From the IMG/VR virus record IMGVR_UViG_3300044568_003163, positions 230,035 to 294,034 of that record: a stretch of 64,000 nt of DNA. One strand, written 5' to 3'. Shown piece by piece: positions 7,987 to 17,143 of the stretch. A program made the position numbers and the translations under genes. Each line of letters opens with the position of its first letter. Position 1 is the stretch's first letter. The notes under the pieces are model-generated. The model made no database searches, was not told the DNA's origin, and was given only the letters and a program-made list of their open reading frames with translations.

Positions 7987-9482
7987 TATTTCTTTGTTTT
8001 CTTATTTTCAAATGTTATTCCAGCATGTGCACTTCCTTTAGCTTCACCTGGATGATATTCACCATCAAATGAAGTTACTACGAAAGTTTTATATGGCGAT
8101 ACTGAACAACCAATTCTTTCCATAAATTTACGATTAACTAAAAATTTAGTAGATTTATCTGTTCTATTAACTAATGAAACCTGAACCTCTTTGTAAGTTT
8201 TACCTGCAAATGCAATATCCATTTCAATTATAGGCCTTTCATCTATATCGTTACCAACTTCTGCGTTAGAAATTCCAATTATCTGATGTACGTATTTTTT
8301 GCCGTTCAATTCCCAATTACACTGTTTACCATCTTCGCTAATTTTCATTTTATCATAAGTCATAGAACATGAAAGTGAACCGTTTCCAGTATCAAATTTA
8401 GCAACAACATCACCAATTCCAGGAATTGTAATTACTTCTCTAAATCCAATAACTCTACGAGAACGAATCCAATTTTGTCTATCTGATAGAAAATCGATGA
8501 TGTCTTTAATAACATCTACACCAGTAGCTTTTTTTAATCCTTGTGTACCTGGAGATGAGTTAACTTCCAGTACATAGTTTTTACCTGTTTTCTCATCAAC
8601 GATAATATCAACTCCACACCAATTACAACCTACTGCCTTAGCCGATTCGATTGCAATTCTTTCTTGTTCTGGTGTTAATTTAGTTTTTTCAACAGAACCA
8701 CCTAATGAATAGTTAGTTCTAAAGTCTTTATCGACTTTGTTTCTTCTCATATAACCTAAAAGTACCGAGTCAGTATCTTCTGGTTTAGGCGAATTGAAAC
8801 GTTTAGTTAAAACGTGAATACGTAAGTCATATTCTGATTCGATTTTTTCTTGTATAAGAGTTTCTACAGTTGGATCTACTTTCCATAAAGTTTGTAATAC
8901 TGATTTAAGAGATGCCAATGAATCTATAATAGAAACTCCAATTCCTTGAGAACCAGAAAGCATTTTAAGAATTACAGGAAATTGTCCGCCGATTTGTTCA
9001 ACTGCCGGTTCGATAGAATCTTCTCCATCGACCATTGCCATTTTAGGAACTGGAAGACCAGCATCCATAAGCATTTTCGAAGTAACGTATTTGTTTTCGC
9101 ATGCTAAAACTGAACTTAGTGTGTTTACTACAAAAAAGTTATTGTCTTCTAATTGAGATACAATATCTCGAGTATAAGTATTTCTAACGATTCCTCTACG
9201 AGTTAAAATCGCAGTATCTTCGGAATCAATTTTAAAGGGTTTCTTGGTTTTATCAACGATAGTAAAATAATCTCCATCAGTACTTTTAGTTAACGAACAT
9301 GTGTTAACGTCAATGATACGGAATTCAATTCCACGTTTTTTACATTCTTTCTCAACTGCAGGAACGGTATATGATTCCTCACTGATATTTGAAAGGAGTA
9401 CAACCTTAACAGGATTTTTAGGTGTTGATTTTGTAGCCTCATTAATTACAAATTCGTTAAAGTATGCGAGACGGTTTTTCAT
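7986..9482 (-). CDS. rimK: RimK-family ATP-grasp ligase fused to a RimB-like (retropepsin-type) protease, CTS-like N-terminus
   Basis: ATP-grasp motifs ENKYVTSKML, PVILK...GSQGIGV, LIQEKI, DLRIHV, GVDII and EVNSSPG; C-terminal domain with AKFDTGNG (Asp364). Confidence 0.85.
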   Translation of the reverse strand: MKNRLAYFNEFVINEATKSTPKNPVKVVLLSNISEESYTVPAVEKECKKRGIEFRIIDVNTCSLTKSTDGDYFTIVDKTKKPFKIDSEDTAILTRRGIVRNTYTRDIVSQLEDNNFFVVNTLSSVLACENKYVTSKMLMDAGLPVPKMAMVDGEDSIEPAVEQIGGQFPVILKMLSGSQGIGVSIIDSLASLKSVLQTLWKVDPTVETLIQEKIESEYDLRIHVLTKRFNSPKPEDTDSVLLGYMRRNKVDKDFRTNYSLGGSVEKTKLTPEQERIAIESAKAVGCNWCGVDIIVDEKTGKNYVLEVNSSPGTQGLKKATGVDVIKDIIDFLSDRQNWIRSRRVIGFREVITIPGIGDVVAKFDTGNGSLSCSMTYDKMKISEDGKQCNWELNGKKYVHQIIGISNAEVGNDIDERPIIEMDIAFAGKTYKEVQVSLVNRTDKSTKFLVNRKFMERIGCSVSPYKTFVVTSFDGEYHPGEAKGSAHAGITFENKKTKK

Positions 9483-9966
9483 TTTTGCGTATATATTTTA
9501 TGAATGATTTCTGATTATCTATCATCATTCTCTTACATTTTTCAGTAAAAGCTAATGAAGATTCAATAACTCGTTGGTCTATTTTTTCGTTACCTTTAAG
9601 GTAGTATTTAAAACATTTTTCACAAGTAAAATTACTTGGAATGTATGTATCTATTCGAGATTGAATCTCTTTATTGCAATAAGCACAGTTCCAATCAAAT
9701 ATCTTATACGAATCTTTTACTAATGAATAAGAAGATATGTCTTTTGACCCTGGTTGAACAAATGGCCTATTCAAATGAGATACTCTTATTCTTCCATCTT
9801 CGATCCTAAAGATGGCATTTATAAAAAGGTCATCATCAGCATATTTCTTAACTACTGGATTTTCCTTTAGTATTCGTTGATGCCTAGGTGGAAGTCCTTT
9901 AAGTACGATTCCATATTTAGTAGGAGTTTTACCTAAGTTCTGTCTTTTTATATGATAATTAGCCAT
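9457..9966 (-). CDS. Hypothetical protein with two CxxC motifs (Zn-binding)
   Basis: CAYC and CEKC. Confidence 0.6.
   Translation of the reverse strand: MANYHIKRQNLGKTPTKYGIVLKGLPPRHQRILKENPVVKKYADDDLFINAIFRIEDGRIRVSHLNRPFVQPGSKDISSYSLVKDSYKIFDWNCAYCNKEIQSRIDTYIPSNFTCEKCFKYYLKGNEKIDQRVIESSLAFTEKCKRMMIDNQKSFIKYIRKNEKPSRIL
9489..9497 (-). promoter_or_regulatory. Putative late promoter (AATATATAC) upstream of the RimK fusion
   Basis: Same 9-mer as upstream of the portal gene (18780-18788); 6 nt before the ATG, inside the end of the upstream ORF. Confidence 0.4.
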
Positions 9967-12070
9967 TTATAGGATATTCATTCCATAAATTATTTAATCG
10001 TTCCTCTGCTAATGAAAGTATTGCGGATATTGTCCATAAATCAGTAGAATTACCTTCTTCGGCAGTTTCTTTATATTTATCGATAGCTGCTTTAGCTATA
10101 TCTAAATTAGCTTGAATTTTATCTACTTCAGTTTGTAGGATTTCCTTTTTAGCTTCATCGGTTTCATTCTTAAGCTCTTCTTTCTTTGAATCTAATCCGG
10201 TTTTGATTGCATCGTACTTTTCAGTTGCAGTACGAAGTTTAAATTCTTCGATAGTTTCTGTTTGTTCTTCTTCAGGAGCTTCTTTAGGAGATTCACTAGT
10301 AGCTTTCTCTAATTTTTCTGGATCAGTCTTTTTTGCTGATGCTTCACCTTGCTTTTCTGCTTCGTCTGACTTTTTTTCTAAGTCCTTCATCATTTCTATA
10401 GCCTTGTCTAATTGACCTTTAAGAGCTTTTTTCTTTTTATCACTAGGAATTAAAGTAGCAAGTTGAGTAAGAAATTCAACACGATTTTTAGCACGTTGTT
10501 TCGATATGTACAACCACGAAAAGAAATTAGCTTTACCTAATAGACCTCCAACTAATTCGTTGGTAGCATCTTTTTGATTTTCTACTGCTGAATCAATATC
10601 TTTCAATTGAGAAACATATGAATCGGTAGCAATTTCTACTTGTTCTCTAAAAGCTTCAAGTTTTTCTTCGTCAGTCATATCCGTATCTTCGCTTTTGAAA
10701 TTATCTTTAACGTCATCAACTTCTACTTGTGCCTTTCTTTTAGCAGTAGCCGCATCAGATATTTCCTTTTCTAGAGCTCTAATTTCAGCAGCATCTTCTT
10801 TTGGATCTAAATTAGCCTTTTCTTTTCTAAGTCTATTAAGTTTTTTATCGGCATTAGATAAATTAGACTTAGCTTGCTCTAATTTTTCTTTTGTCTTTTC
10901 GTTAGACTTTTTAATGTTTTTAAGTTCTTCTTCGTCTGAATCTTCTTCCTCTTCGGCATTTATATCGTCAGCAGTATCATCAGTTGCAGTTGCACCAGTA
11001 GGTCCAGTAGTTCCTTCTGGTTCTTTTTCGGTCGATGTAGTTGATCCGGTAGGACCTGTAGTTCCATCAATTGCAGTAGTTCCTTCTGGTTCCCTTTCAG
11101 AAGATGAAGTTGCACCAGTAGGTCCAGTAGTTCCTTCTGGGTTTTTAACTTCTGGCTCTTCTGCTGGAGTTTCTTCTTGCTTTAATTTTTCTATTTCGGC
11201 TTTAAGATTATCATAAGCTTCTTTTGCAGATTGTTTACCTTCAACAGATGAATTATCTAATTCTAATTTAAGTCGATCTAAATCAGCTAATTTAGACGCA
11301 AGTAAAGCTTCTTTTGCTTTTTTCTCTAATTCGGCTTTATCTAATTGGTCTTCTCCATCTTCTTTAAGATTAGAAATTTCCTTTTTGATTTTAGCAAATT
11401 TTTCATAGTTAACATAAGATTCCTGTCTTGCTTTTGCTATTTTCTTAGCGTCATTAGCATCGTCAGCCTTCTTAATGTCTTTCTGTTCAGCAGATAATTT
11501 AGCATTTTCTGCTTGATATTTTTTATGAGTTACTTCTAATTCTCGTCTCTTTTCTGGATCGTCGACAACAGAAGTTATTTTTTTCTTAATTGATTGAATT
11601 TCGTCTTTAACCTTAGCCTTAATTTTACTAATCTTTTCTAATTTATCAGTATCTGAAGCACCTTTAGGTTGTGGAGTAGTTTTAGGTTCAGTTGGTTTAG
11701 GAGTTTCCTTTGCCTTAGGTTCTACCTTAGGCTTAGGTGCATCTTTTTTCTTTGGTTCAACTTTGGCTTTCTTTGCAGGAGTTTTATCCGGTGCTTTAGG
11801 TTTAACTTTTTTAGATACCTTCCTAGCTTGTTTTCTTGCTGCTCTTTTTTGTGCAGCAGTTTGAACTTCAACTAAAGCAATATATTGTGGTAGACTTGAA
11901 AAGTCATATTCTTTTAATGATTCAAATACATCTCCTAATGTGGCATCCTCATCGACAAAAATATCGAAATCTTCACATATCGTTTCAAAAAGAGATTCTA
12001 ACAGATCTAAGTATATTTGATCGTTTACTTCTTCTTCGTATTTTTCTAATAAATAGTTGTTTAATTTCAT
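9959..12070 (-). CDS. Large Lys/Glu-rich low-complexity coiled-coil protein, putative head component
   Basis: 703 aa; K/P-rich linker, EGTTGPTG repeats and acidic tracts; downstream of the capsid gene. Confidence 0.7.
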   Translation of the reverse strand: MKLNNYLLEKYEEEVNDQIYLDLLESLFETICEDFDIFVDEDATLGDVFESLKEYDFSSLPQYIALVEVQTAAQKRAARKQARKVSKKVKPKAPDKTPAKKAKVEPKKKDAPKPKVEPKAKETPKPTEPKTTPQPKGASDTDKLEKISKIKAKVKDEIQSIKKKITSVVDDPEKRRELEVTHKKYQAENAKLSAEQKDIKKADDANDAKKIAKARQESYVNYEKFAKIKKEISNLKEDGEDQLDKAELEKKAKEALLASKLADLDRLKLELDNSSVEGKQSAKEAYDNLKAEIEKLKQEETPAEEPEVKNPEGTTGPTGATSSSEREPEGTTAIDGTTGPTGSTTSTEKEPEGTTGPTGATATDDTADDINAEEEEDSDEEELKNIKKSNEKTKEKLEQAKSNLSNADKKLNRLRKEKANLDPKEDAAEIRALEKEISDAATAKRKAQVEVDDVKDNFKSEDTDMTDEEKLEAFREQVEIATDSYVSQLKDIDSAVENQKDATNELVGGLLGKANFFSWLYISKQRAKNRVEFLTQLATLIPSDKKKKALKGQLDKAIEMMKDLEKKSDEAEKQGEASAKKTDPEKLEKATSESPKEAPEEEQTETIEEFKLRTATEKYDAIKTGLDSKKEELKNETDEAKKEILQTEVDKIQANLDIAKAAIDKYKETAEEGNSTDLWTISAILSLAEERLNNLWNEYPING
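10989..11140 (-). repeat. In-frame direct repeats encoding PEGTTGPTGAT
   Basis: Identical 32-mer GTTGCACCAGTAGGTCCAGTAGTTCCTTCTGG at 10989-11020 and 11109-11140, with degenerate partial copies between. Confidence 0.85.
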
Positions 12071-12071
12071 T

Positions 12072-12641
12072 TTAGTTTTCTGAGTTTAATGATGGAGCTG
12101 ATGGTTTTTCTAATTCAGTCGAAGGAGGAGTCATTGAAGGTATAATACTTCCTAATTCAGGAATTTCTTTATTTTCTAATTCAGCTAATTTAACTTGCAA
12201 TTTAACCACTTTCTTAAAGCCTTTTAGTTTTTCTAGCTCTAATTTACGTTCTTGTTCTAAAGATGATTTAATTTTTCCTTTTTTAAATAAGAATGCAATG
12301 TAAATTCCAGTAAGTGCTGCACCGACGGCTAATCCTTTAACAATACCTTTAGCTGTACTAATTGCAGTTCCTGCAGCAGTATCAAATTCAGCTTCACCTC
12401 CGGCTTCAGCATAAGCTTCGTTTAAATCTTCTAAAAAAGATTCATATAGATAATCGTATGAGGATGAACTTTCGTTTATTACTGATTCACTAATTCCATC
12501 ACCAGAAAATAATAACAAAAATCTAACGATCTCTTCATATTCTTTTTGTGCCGGTGTATAATTATACTGAGTGCATAATTTTCGGTAATCTTTCATCTCG
12601 TTTTGAATTCCGAGAACGTTTGTAGGTAGGATAAAAGTCAT
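12072..12641 (-). CDS. Putative virion protein with one hydrophobic helix
   Basis: Acidic N-half with INE/LNE sites, then GIVKGLAVGAALTGIYIAFLF; late motif at 12672-12680. Confidence 0.65.
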   Translation of the reverse strand: MTFILPTNVLGIQNEMKDYRKLCTQYNYTPAQKEYEEIVRFLLLFSGDGISESVINESSSSYDYLYESFLEDLNEAYAEAGGEAEFDTAAGTAISTAKGIVKGLAVGAALTGIYIAFLFKKGKIKSSLEQERKLELEKLKGFKKVVKLQVKLAELENKEIPELGSIIPSMTPPSTELEKPSAPSLNSEN

Positions 12642-12671
12642 AATATGATGTAGGGTTACTATTCAATTTAA

Positions 12672-12680
12672 TTATATATC
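12672..12680 (-). promoter_or_regulatory. Putative late promoter GATATATAA
   Basis: Recurring intergenic motif just downstream of the capsid terminator. Confidence 0.6.
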
Positions 12681-12695
12681 TCTAAAATTTGTGAC

Positions 12696-12727
12696 AAAAA
12701 AAGAGCTCTTCGTAAGAAGAGCTCTTT
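12696..12727 (-). terminator. Rho-independent terminator after the major capsid gene
   Basis: Perfect 11-bp inverted repeat AAAGAGCTCTT/AAGAGCTCTTT around CTTACG, followed by a T-run. Confidence 0.85.
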
Positions 12728-12748
12728 GAAATATATGAAGTATAAAGA

Positions 12749-14371
12749 TTATACTAAAGAACCAAGAAGGTTAGACATAAATACACCTGAAGTGATATAC
12801 ATAGTTTCTGGTTTGAAACCTGCTTCAACTAAAGCGTATCTTGATTTAACAGCTACTTTAGGAGCCATAGTTCCTTCAGCAATTGTTTGTACTGATTCAG
12901 CCATTAAGTAAGGCATGAATACTAAACCTGGAGAGTTACCATCACCTTTACGTCCAACTAAGAAACGAGTATCGTTCCAAGCCATGTTAGGATCGTTGTA
13001 GATAGCAAGACCTGCAACAGTTCCAATTGGGTAAAGTGAACCACTCATTTGGTTAATAGTATTAGCCATAGGAGCAGGAACGAAACCAGCTATATCTTGT
13101 AGGGCAGAACATACTTGACCGTTTGTAACGATGAAAGTAGCTGGACCTCTACGACCTCTAATTGCAATAAGGTTAGCGATTGCAAGGATCTTAGACATAA
13201 TTTTTCTCTGACGAGTTGAAAGATTCTCAGAAGCTGAGTTTGTAACCTCAGAAGCAAGAATAGTTGCAGCTCTAAGAGTAGTATCTTGGATGTAAGCACC
13301 AAAGTTAGTTTGAGTGTTAGCAGATGTACCAGATACAACAATTGAAGTAGCACCAATGTTCAAGAAGAAGTTGATTCCTTGAGAGTTAACAACATTTTTG
13401 TGGTTAGTTTCTCCAAGAGCAAATAATCTAGAAAGGATGTTTTTGTTGATTGATTGAGTCAATTCATTGATAAGTACTGATTCTACTTGAGATACAGCAT
13501 CTACTCCGAATTGTTTCAAATCTTGAACTTGCTCTCTAGTAACAGCAGCTGCAACTTGGAAAGTTTTAGCTTCAACTGATTTGTTGAAAAGACTTAAGTT
13601 CATTACGTTGTCTGGAGTAGACTCACCTAAAGATCTAGAATATGGATCGTTAATATCATCTCCAGTATAATCGTTGTTAGTTAAAGCTTGACCTGAGAAT
13701 CCAGTGATGTGGTCTTCTAAAGCTTTTACTAATTCTACGTTTAATCCAGAAGTAGCACCAGTTACACCTGAGATACCTGAAGCACCTAAGATAGTAGTAA
13801 AAGTTGAAAGGATAGTAGCACCAGAAAGAGTACCTCTAACGTGGAAGATTGGATAACCATCTAAACGAGAAGATCCTACATAAGCAAGAGTAACTCCATT
13901 AGTTGAAGCAGAAGTTCCACCAACTACAAACGAAGGAACTGTAGCAGAACCATAGTTTACTTTGATTAATAATGGAGAATTTGTAGTAGAAGCAGTTTGA
14001 CCACCAGCATATACGAAGTCTAAGTAAGTTAATACTCCCATTGGACCAGGCATTGGTACAACAGGTACTAAGTCAAGACCAATAGTTTGAGCAGCAACTT
14101 GCATTGCTAATGGAAGAAGTGTGTGAGCTTTATCACCTGAACCAGCTTCTTGACCTGGGAAACCAGCTTGAGTACCTGGATCTCCAGGGAAACGAGTTGC
14201 ACCCATACCGTTTACAGAACCTAATTGAGCTAAGCTATTGTTTTCATACAATTCATGATAATGACAGTATTTAGACATCCACTCTACTCTATTACGCTCT
14301 TGAATTCCTGTAGTAGACTCAATGATTGGAGCCCATTTACCGAATATTTCTTGTTCGTTAATTAAATACAT
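12749..14371 (-). CDS. gp23: Major capsid protein (gp23-like)
   Basis: KWAPI, DLVPVVPMPGPMG, SVEAKT, VLINELTQSINK, GLVFMPY and PKVAVKSRYAL motifs; biased codon usage; strong terminator. Confidence 0.95.
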   Translation of the reverse strand: MYLINEQEIFGKWAPIIESTTGIQERNRVEWMSKYCHYHELYENNSLAQLGSVNGMGATRFPGDPGTQAGFPGQEAGSGDKAHTLLPLAMQVAAQTIGLDLVPVVPMPGPMGVLTYLDFVYAGGQTASTTNSPLLIKVNYGSATVPSFVVGGTSASTNGVTLAYVGSSRLDGYPIFHVRGTLSGATILSTFTTILGASGISGVTGATSGLNVELVKALEDHITGFSGQALTNNDYTGDDINDPYSRSLGESTPDNVMNLSLFNKSVEAKTFQVAAAVTREQVQDLKQFGVDAVSQVESVLINELTQSINKNILSRLFALGETNHKNVVNSQGINFFLNIGATSIVVSGTSANTQTNFGAYIQDTTLRAATILASEVTNSASENLSTRQRKIMSKILAIANLIAIRGRRGPATFIVTNGQVCSALQDIAGFVPAPMANTINQMSGSLYPIGTVAGLAIYNDPNMAWNDTRFLVGRKGDGNSPGLVFMPYLMAESVQTIAEGTMAPKVAVKSRYALVEAGFKPETMYITSGVFMSNLLGSLV

Positions 14372-14446
14372 TTAAAATGTTTTATTTTGTTTTATGTTTT
14401 GATTTACGCTGATGCTTTTTGTGTTTTAGCAGTATTTAGCGTTTAA

Positions 14447-14455
14447 GTATATATC
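14447..14455 (-). promoter_or_regulatory. Putative late promoter GATATATAC for the capsid gene
   Basis: Motif 75 nt upstream of the gp23 ATG. Confidence 0.65.
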
Positions 14456-14481
14456 TAAGTCTCCTTAGATTTTTATCTATT

Positions 14482-15102
14482 TTATAATAAGTTAACCTTT
14501 TCTAAAGATTCTAAGTTAGATTCAATTCCGTCTATTAGATTCGATATTAAAGTTTCGTATTGTTTAACATATTCATCAGTTAATATAGAAGCTCTTTCTG
14601 GATTATTTGCAAACATACTCCAATCAATACCTGAAGGTTTTAATAAAGGAGAATTTTCATCTGCAGCCGGTTTAGAATTTACTGAACCTTTTCTCATTTC
14701 TAACCCAAAATCATTATACCAGAAAGTCATTGCATTTCTTACATCAGTTATGTCTAACCTTGGTTCTTTTGATCGGTTTAAATTAGGAGCAAGAGTTCCG
14801 TAATTTTGATGTTCTTTGACAATTACTTTACGAATTTTAATAAGTTTTGAATATCCCATCATTGGTGAATATTCGATACAAAAAAGAGCTTGACCCTTAG
14901 AATTGTAAAGTTGTACACTTTCATAAGAAGGAGCTGTTTGTATACCATATTTAGAAAATATTCTTTTCAAATCTTTTCCTAGAAAATCTTTTGTGATTTT
15001 CGAAACTTGTTTGGCTATATCTAATTGATTAGGTTCTAACGAAGCTTTTTCATTAAGAATGGATTCATTAATAAATTCAGCAAATGTTAATAAATTCTTC
15101 AT
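14482..15102 (-). CDS. Putative internal head protein (CTS-like N-terminus)
   Basis: Starts MKNLLTFAEFINESILNE; lies between the protease and capsid genes. Confidence 0.7.
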   Translation of the reverse strand: MKNLLTFAEFINESILNEKASLEPNQLDIAKQVSKITKDFLGKDLKRIFSKYGIQTAPSYESVQLYNSKGQALFCIEYSPMMGYSKLIKIRKVIVKEHQNYGTLAPNLNRSKEPRLDITDVRNAMTFWYNDFGLEMRKGSVNSKPAADENSPLLKPSGIDWSMFANNPERASILTDEYVKQYETLISNLIDGIESNLESLEKVNLL

Positions 15103-15128
15103 TTATGTTGTTTTTTTTTACTTAGCAC

Positions 15129-15156
15129 AAAAACTCACTCTTTCAAATGAGTTTTT
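15129..15156 (-). terminator. Putative terminator after the prohead protease gene
   Basis: Stem AAAAACTCA/TGAGTTTTT with a 10-nt loop. Confidence 0.5.
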
Positions 15157-15173
15157 ATAAATTTTAATATTTA

Positions 15174-17087
15174 TTATCTGTTAAATCTTCTTCTTAATTC
15201 AGCTTCTACGGTTTCCATGTAATTAGCCGGAGTTTTATATTCTGCAGTTTCATTAACAATTGCTGGTGCAGCACCTTCATTTAATGGAGCATCAATTTTA
15301 ACTGATCTTAAATCTCTAGTAGCCCAGAAATCATCGATTTTATATTGATTATCTAAAACTTTTACTGAAGCTTGAGCCTTAATTGAATTTCTTTGAGATT
15401 CATTTAAGTTATTCCAAGAGTCTTTGTATTTAGCTGGCATATTAGTTAACCAATTTGTAACTGGTCTAAATGCAATAAATGCAGATTCATATAATCTTTC
15501 AGCATCAACTGAACCATAGAATTTGTTATTTTCAAAAACTGCAATAACTTCGTCTTTTTTCTCAGGAGTTAATGCATCAAATTGATTTCTCTTGTTTTCT
15601 GATAGGAAATTCAAGAAGTGTAATTTGTTAGCATCTACTGATTCATTAACAGTTTTTGCATTTTCTAAAATAGTATTTAATTTGTCGGTTAATGTCTTTT
15701 GGAAAGCATCTTCTTCATTACCTTCAATTTTATCTACGATAGTTCTTTTTGGATTTGAATGTAATACTAAGTTTTCGTCGATTGATTGAGTACCTTCTAA
15801 ACCAGTAACTTTACCTTCATTAATTTCTTTAACGATGTGATTAAGATAACCTGCAAGATTTTGTGTATTTTCTTTTAAGTACTCAGTATATTCAATGATT
15901 GATGATGTACCTTCAACAATATAATCGTTATGAGAAATTACATTATCTAATTGCTCATTCATATGTTGTTGATAAGCCCAACGTGAGTTAGATTCATTAG
16001 CAAGATATTTACTAAATTCAATATTTTGATCTGCCTTTTCTGCAACAACTTTAGTATATTCAATACCTCTATCGCTCATTTCAGCAACTAATTTAGTATA
16101 CTCAATTAAGTGGTCAACCGATTCAGAAAGTTTTTCTGAGTAGTTAATTCCTTGATTAGATTTTTCACCAACTAATTCTGCATAATTTTTAACTCTTTCA
16201 AGATTTTCAATGATATAATCATTATGAGAAATTAAGCCATCAACTGATTCTGCTAGTTTTTCAACATAAGAATTAATTTGATTAACTCTTTTTGCAGTTT
16301 CTTCGGTGTAACGTATCAATCCTTCATTAACAGATGAAGAATCTTTAGCTGATGATTCGGTTAAAGACTTTTTAAGATTTTCTACTTCGTTTTTAACATG
16401 TTTAGTATATTCGTTAAAATCTTCAACGGTAATGTATTTTTTAGGATCCATTTTGTCGTTTTTTGTTTCGTTTATTGGGTTTGGGGTTGGTTCTTCTTGT
16501 TGATAGATTAAAACAGGCATATCAGATTCGCTCAAATCAGACTCTATTTCATAGATCTGTGTTAATGAATCGTTGTCTAATCCAAAAGATTCGTTTACTC
16601 TTTTCAATTCGGCATTAGCAAATCCAGGATCTGCAACTAAATCGTAAGTAAACATTTTTTTAATTTTAACATGGCCATTAGATTCAACAACACCGGCAGC
16701 TCTAGAAGAAATATGAAGAGGTACACCAGCATCTACTAATGCCATTGCTTGTTTTCCAGCATCAGTATTAAGTAATCTGATTCTACCAGTAACTTTTTTG
16801 CTAGCTTTATCGTATTGAATGTCTTCAATAATATGTGAAGCATTCTTTAACGATATATCAAAAGATTTAGGGTGGTCAAGTTCTCCAAGAAGTTTATTAC
16901 CTTTAAGTTTTTCTTGTAAGTCTTGTATGTGTGGCATTAACTCAGCTTCATCGTAAATACGATTATTCTTGTTTCTAATGCCTATTTCGGTGAAAACACC
17001 TTCCAACACATATTTATCTCCATCCTTAGAAGATGTAAGATTTCCTTCCGATCTTTCTAATACAAGTAGATATTTATTATTGCTCAT
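15174..17087 (-). CDS. gp21: Prohead protease (gp21-like) fused to a scaffold-like repeat domain
   Basis: N-terminal RNKNNRIY, GELDHP (His), ISSRAAG (Ser) and TYDLVADPGF; long helical C-terminal extension. Confidence 0.9.
   Translation of the reverse strand: MSNNKYLLVLERSEGNLTSSKDGDKYVLEGVFTEIGIRNKNNRIYDEAELMPHIQDLQEKLKGNKLLGELDHPKSFDISLKNASHIIEDIQYDKASKKVTGRIRLLNTDAGKQAMALVDAGVPLHISSRAAGVVESNGHVKIKKMFTYDLVADPGFANAELKRVNESFGLDNDSLTQIYEIESDLSESDMPVLIYQQEEPTPNPINETKNDKMDPKKYITVEDFNEYTKHVKNEVENLKKSLTESSAKDSSSVNEGLIRYTEETAKRVNQINSYVEKLAESVDGLISHNDYIIENLERVKNYAELVGEKSNQGINYSEKLSESVDHLIEYTKLVAEMSDRGIEYTKVVAEKADQNIEFSKYLANESNSRWAYQQHMNEQLDNVISHNDYIVEGTSSIIEYTEYLKENTQNLAGYLNHIVKEINEGKVTGLEGTQSIDENLVLHSNPKRTIVDKIEGNEEDAFQKTLTDKLNTILENAKTVNESVDANKLHFLNFLSENKRNQFDALTPEKKDEVIAVFENNKFYGSVDAERLYESAFIAFRPVTNWLTNMPAKYKDSWNNLNESQRNSIKAQASVKVLDNQYKIDDFWATRDLRSVKIDAPLNEGAAPAIVNETAEYKTPANYMETVEAELRRRFNR
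15810..16313 (-). repeat. Twelve tandem 14-aa repeats in the scaffold domain
   Basis: Units such as SYVEKLAESVDGLI, NYSEKLSESVDHLI, EYTKLVAEMSDRGI and EYTKVVAEKADQNI; SHNDYI occurs twice. Confidence 0.85.
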
Positions 17088-17105
17088 TATGGCTTCTATT
17101 TTTAG

Positions 17106-17114
17106 TTATATATC
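17106..17114 (-). promoter_or_regulatory. Putative late promoter GATATATAA
   Basis: 18 nt upstream of the protease start. Confidence 0.65.
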
Positions 17115-17143
17115 AATGACGTTTGGAAACAATTGAAATTCAA

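Noticed and set aside
10989-11140. 32-nt direct repeat of CRISPR-like length
   Set aside because: Only two exact copies, in frame within a coding region and encoding a peptide repeat; no array, leader or cas genes.
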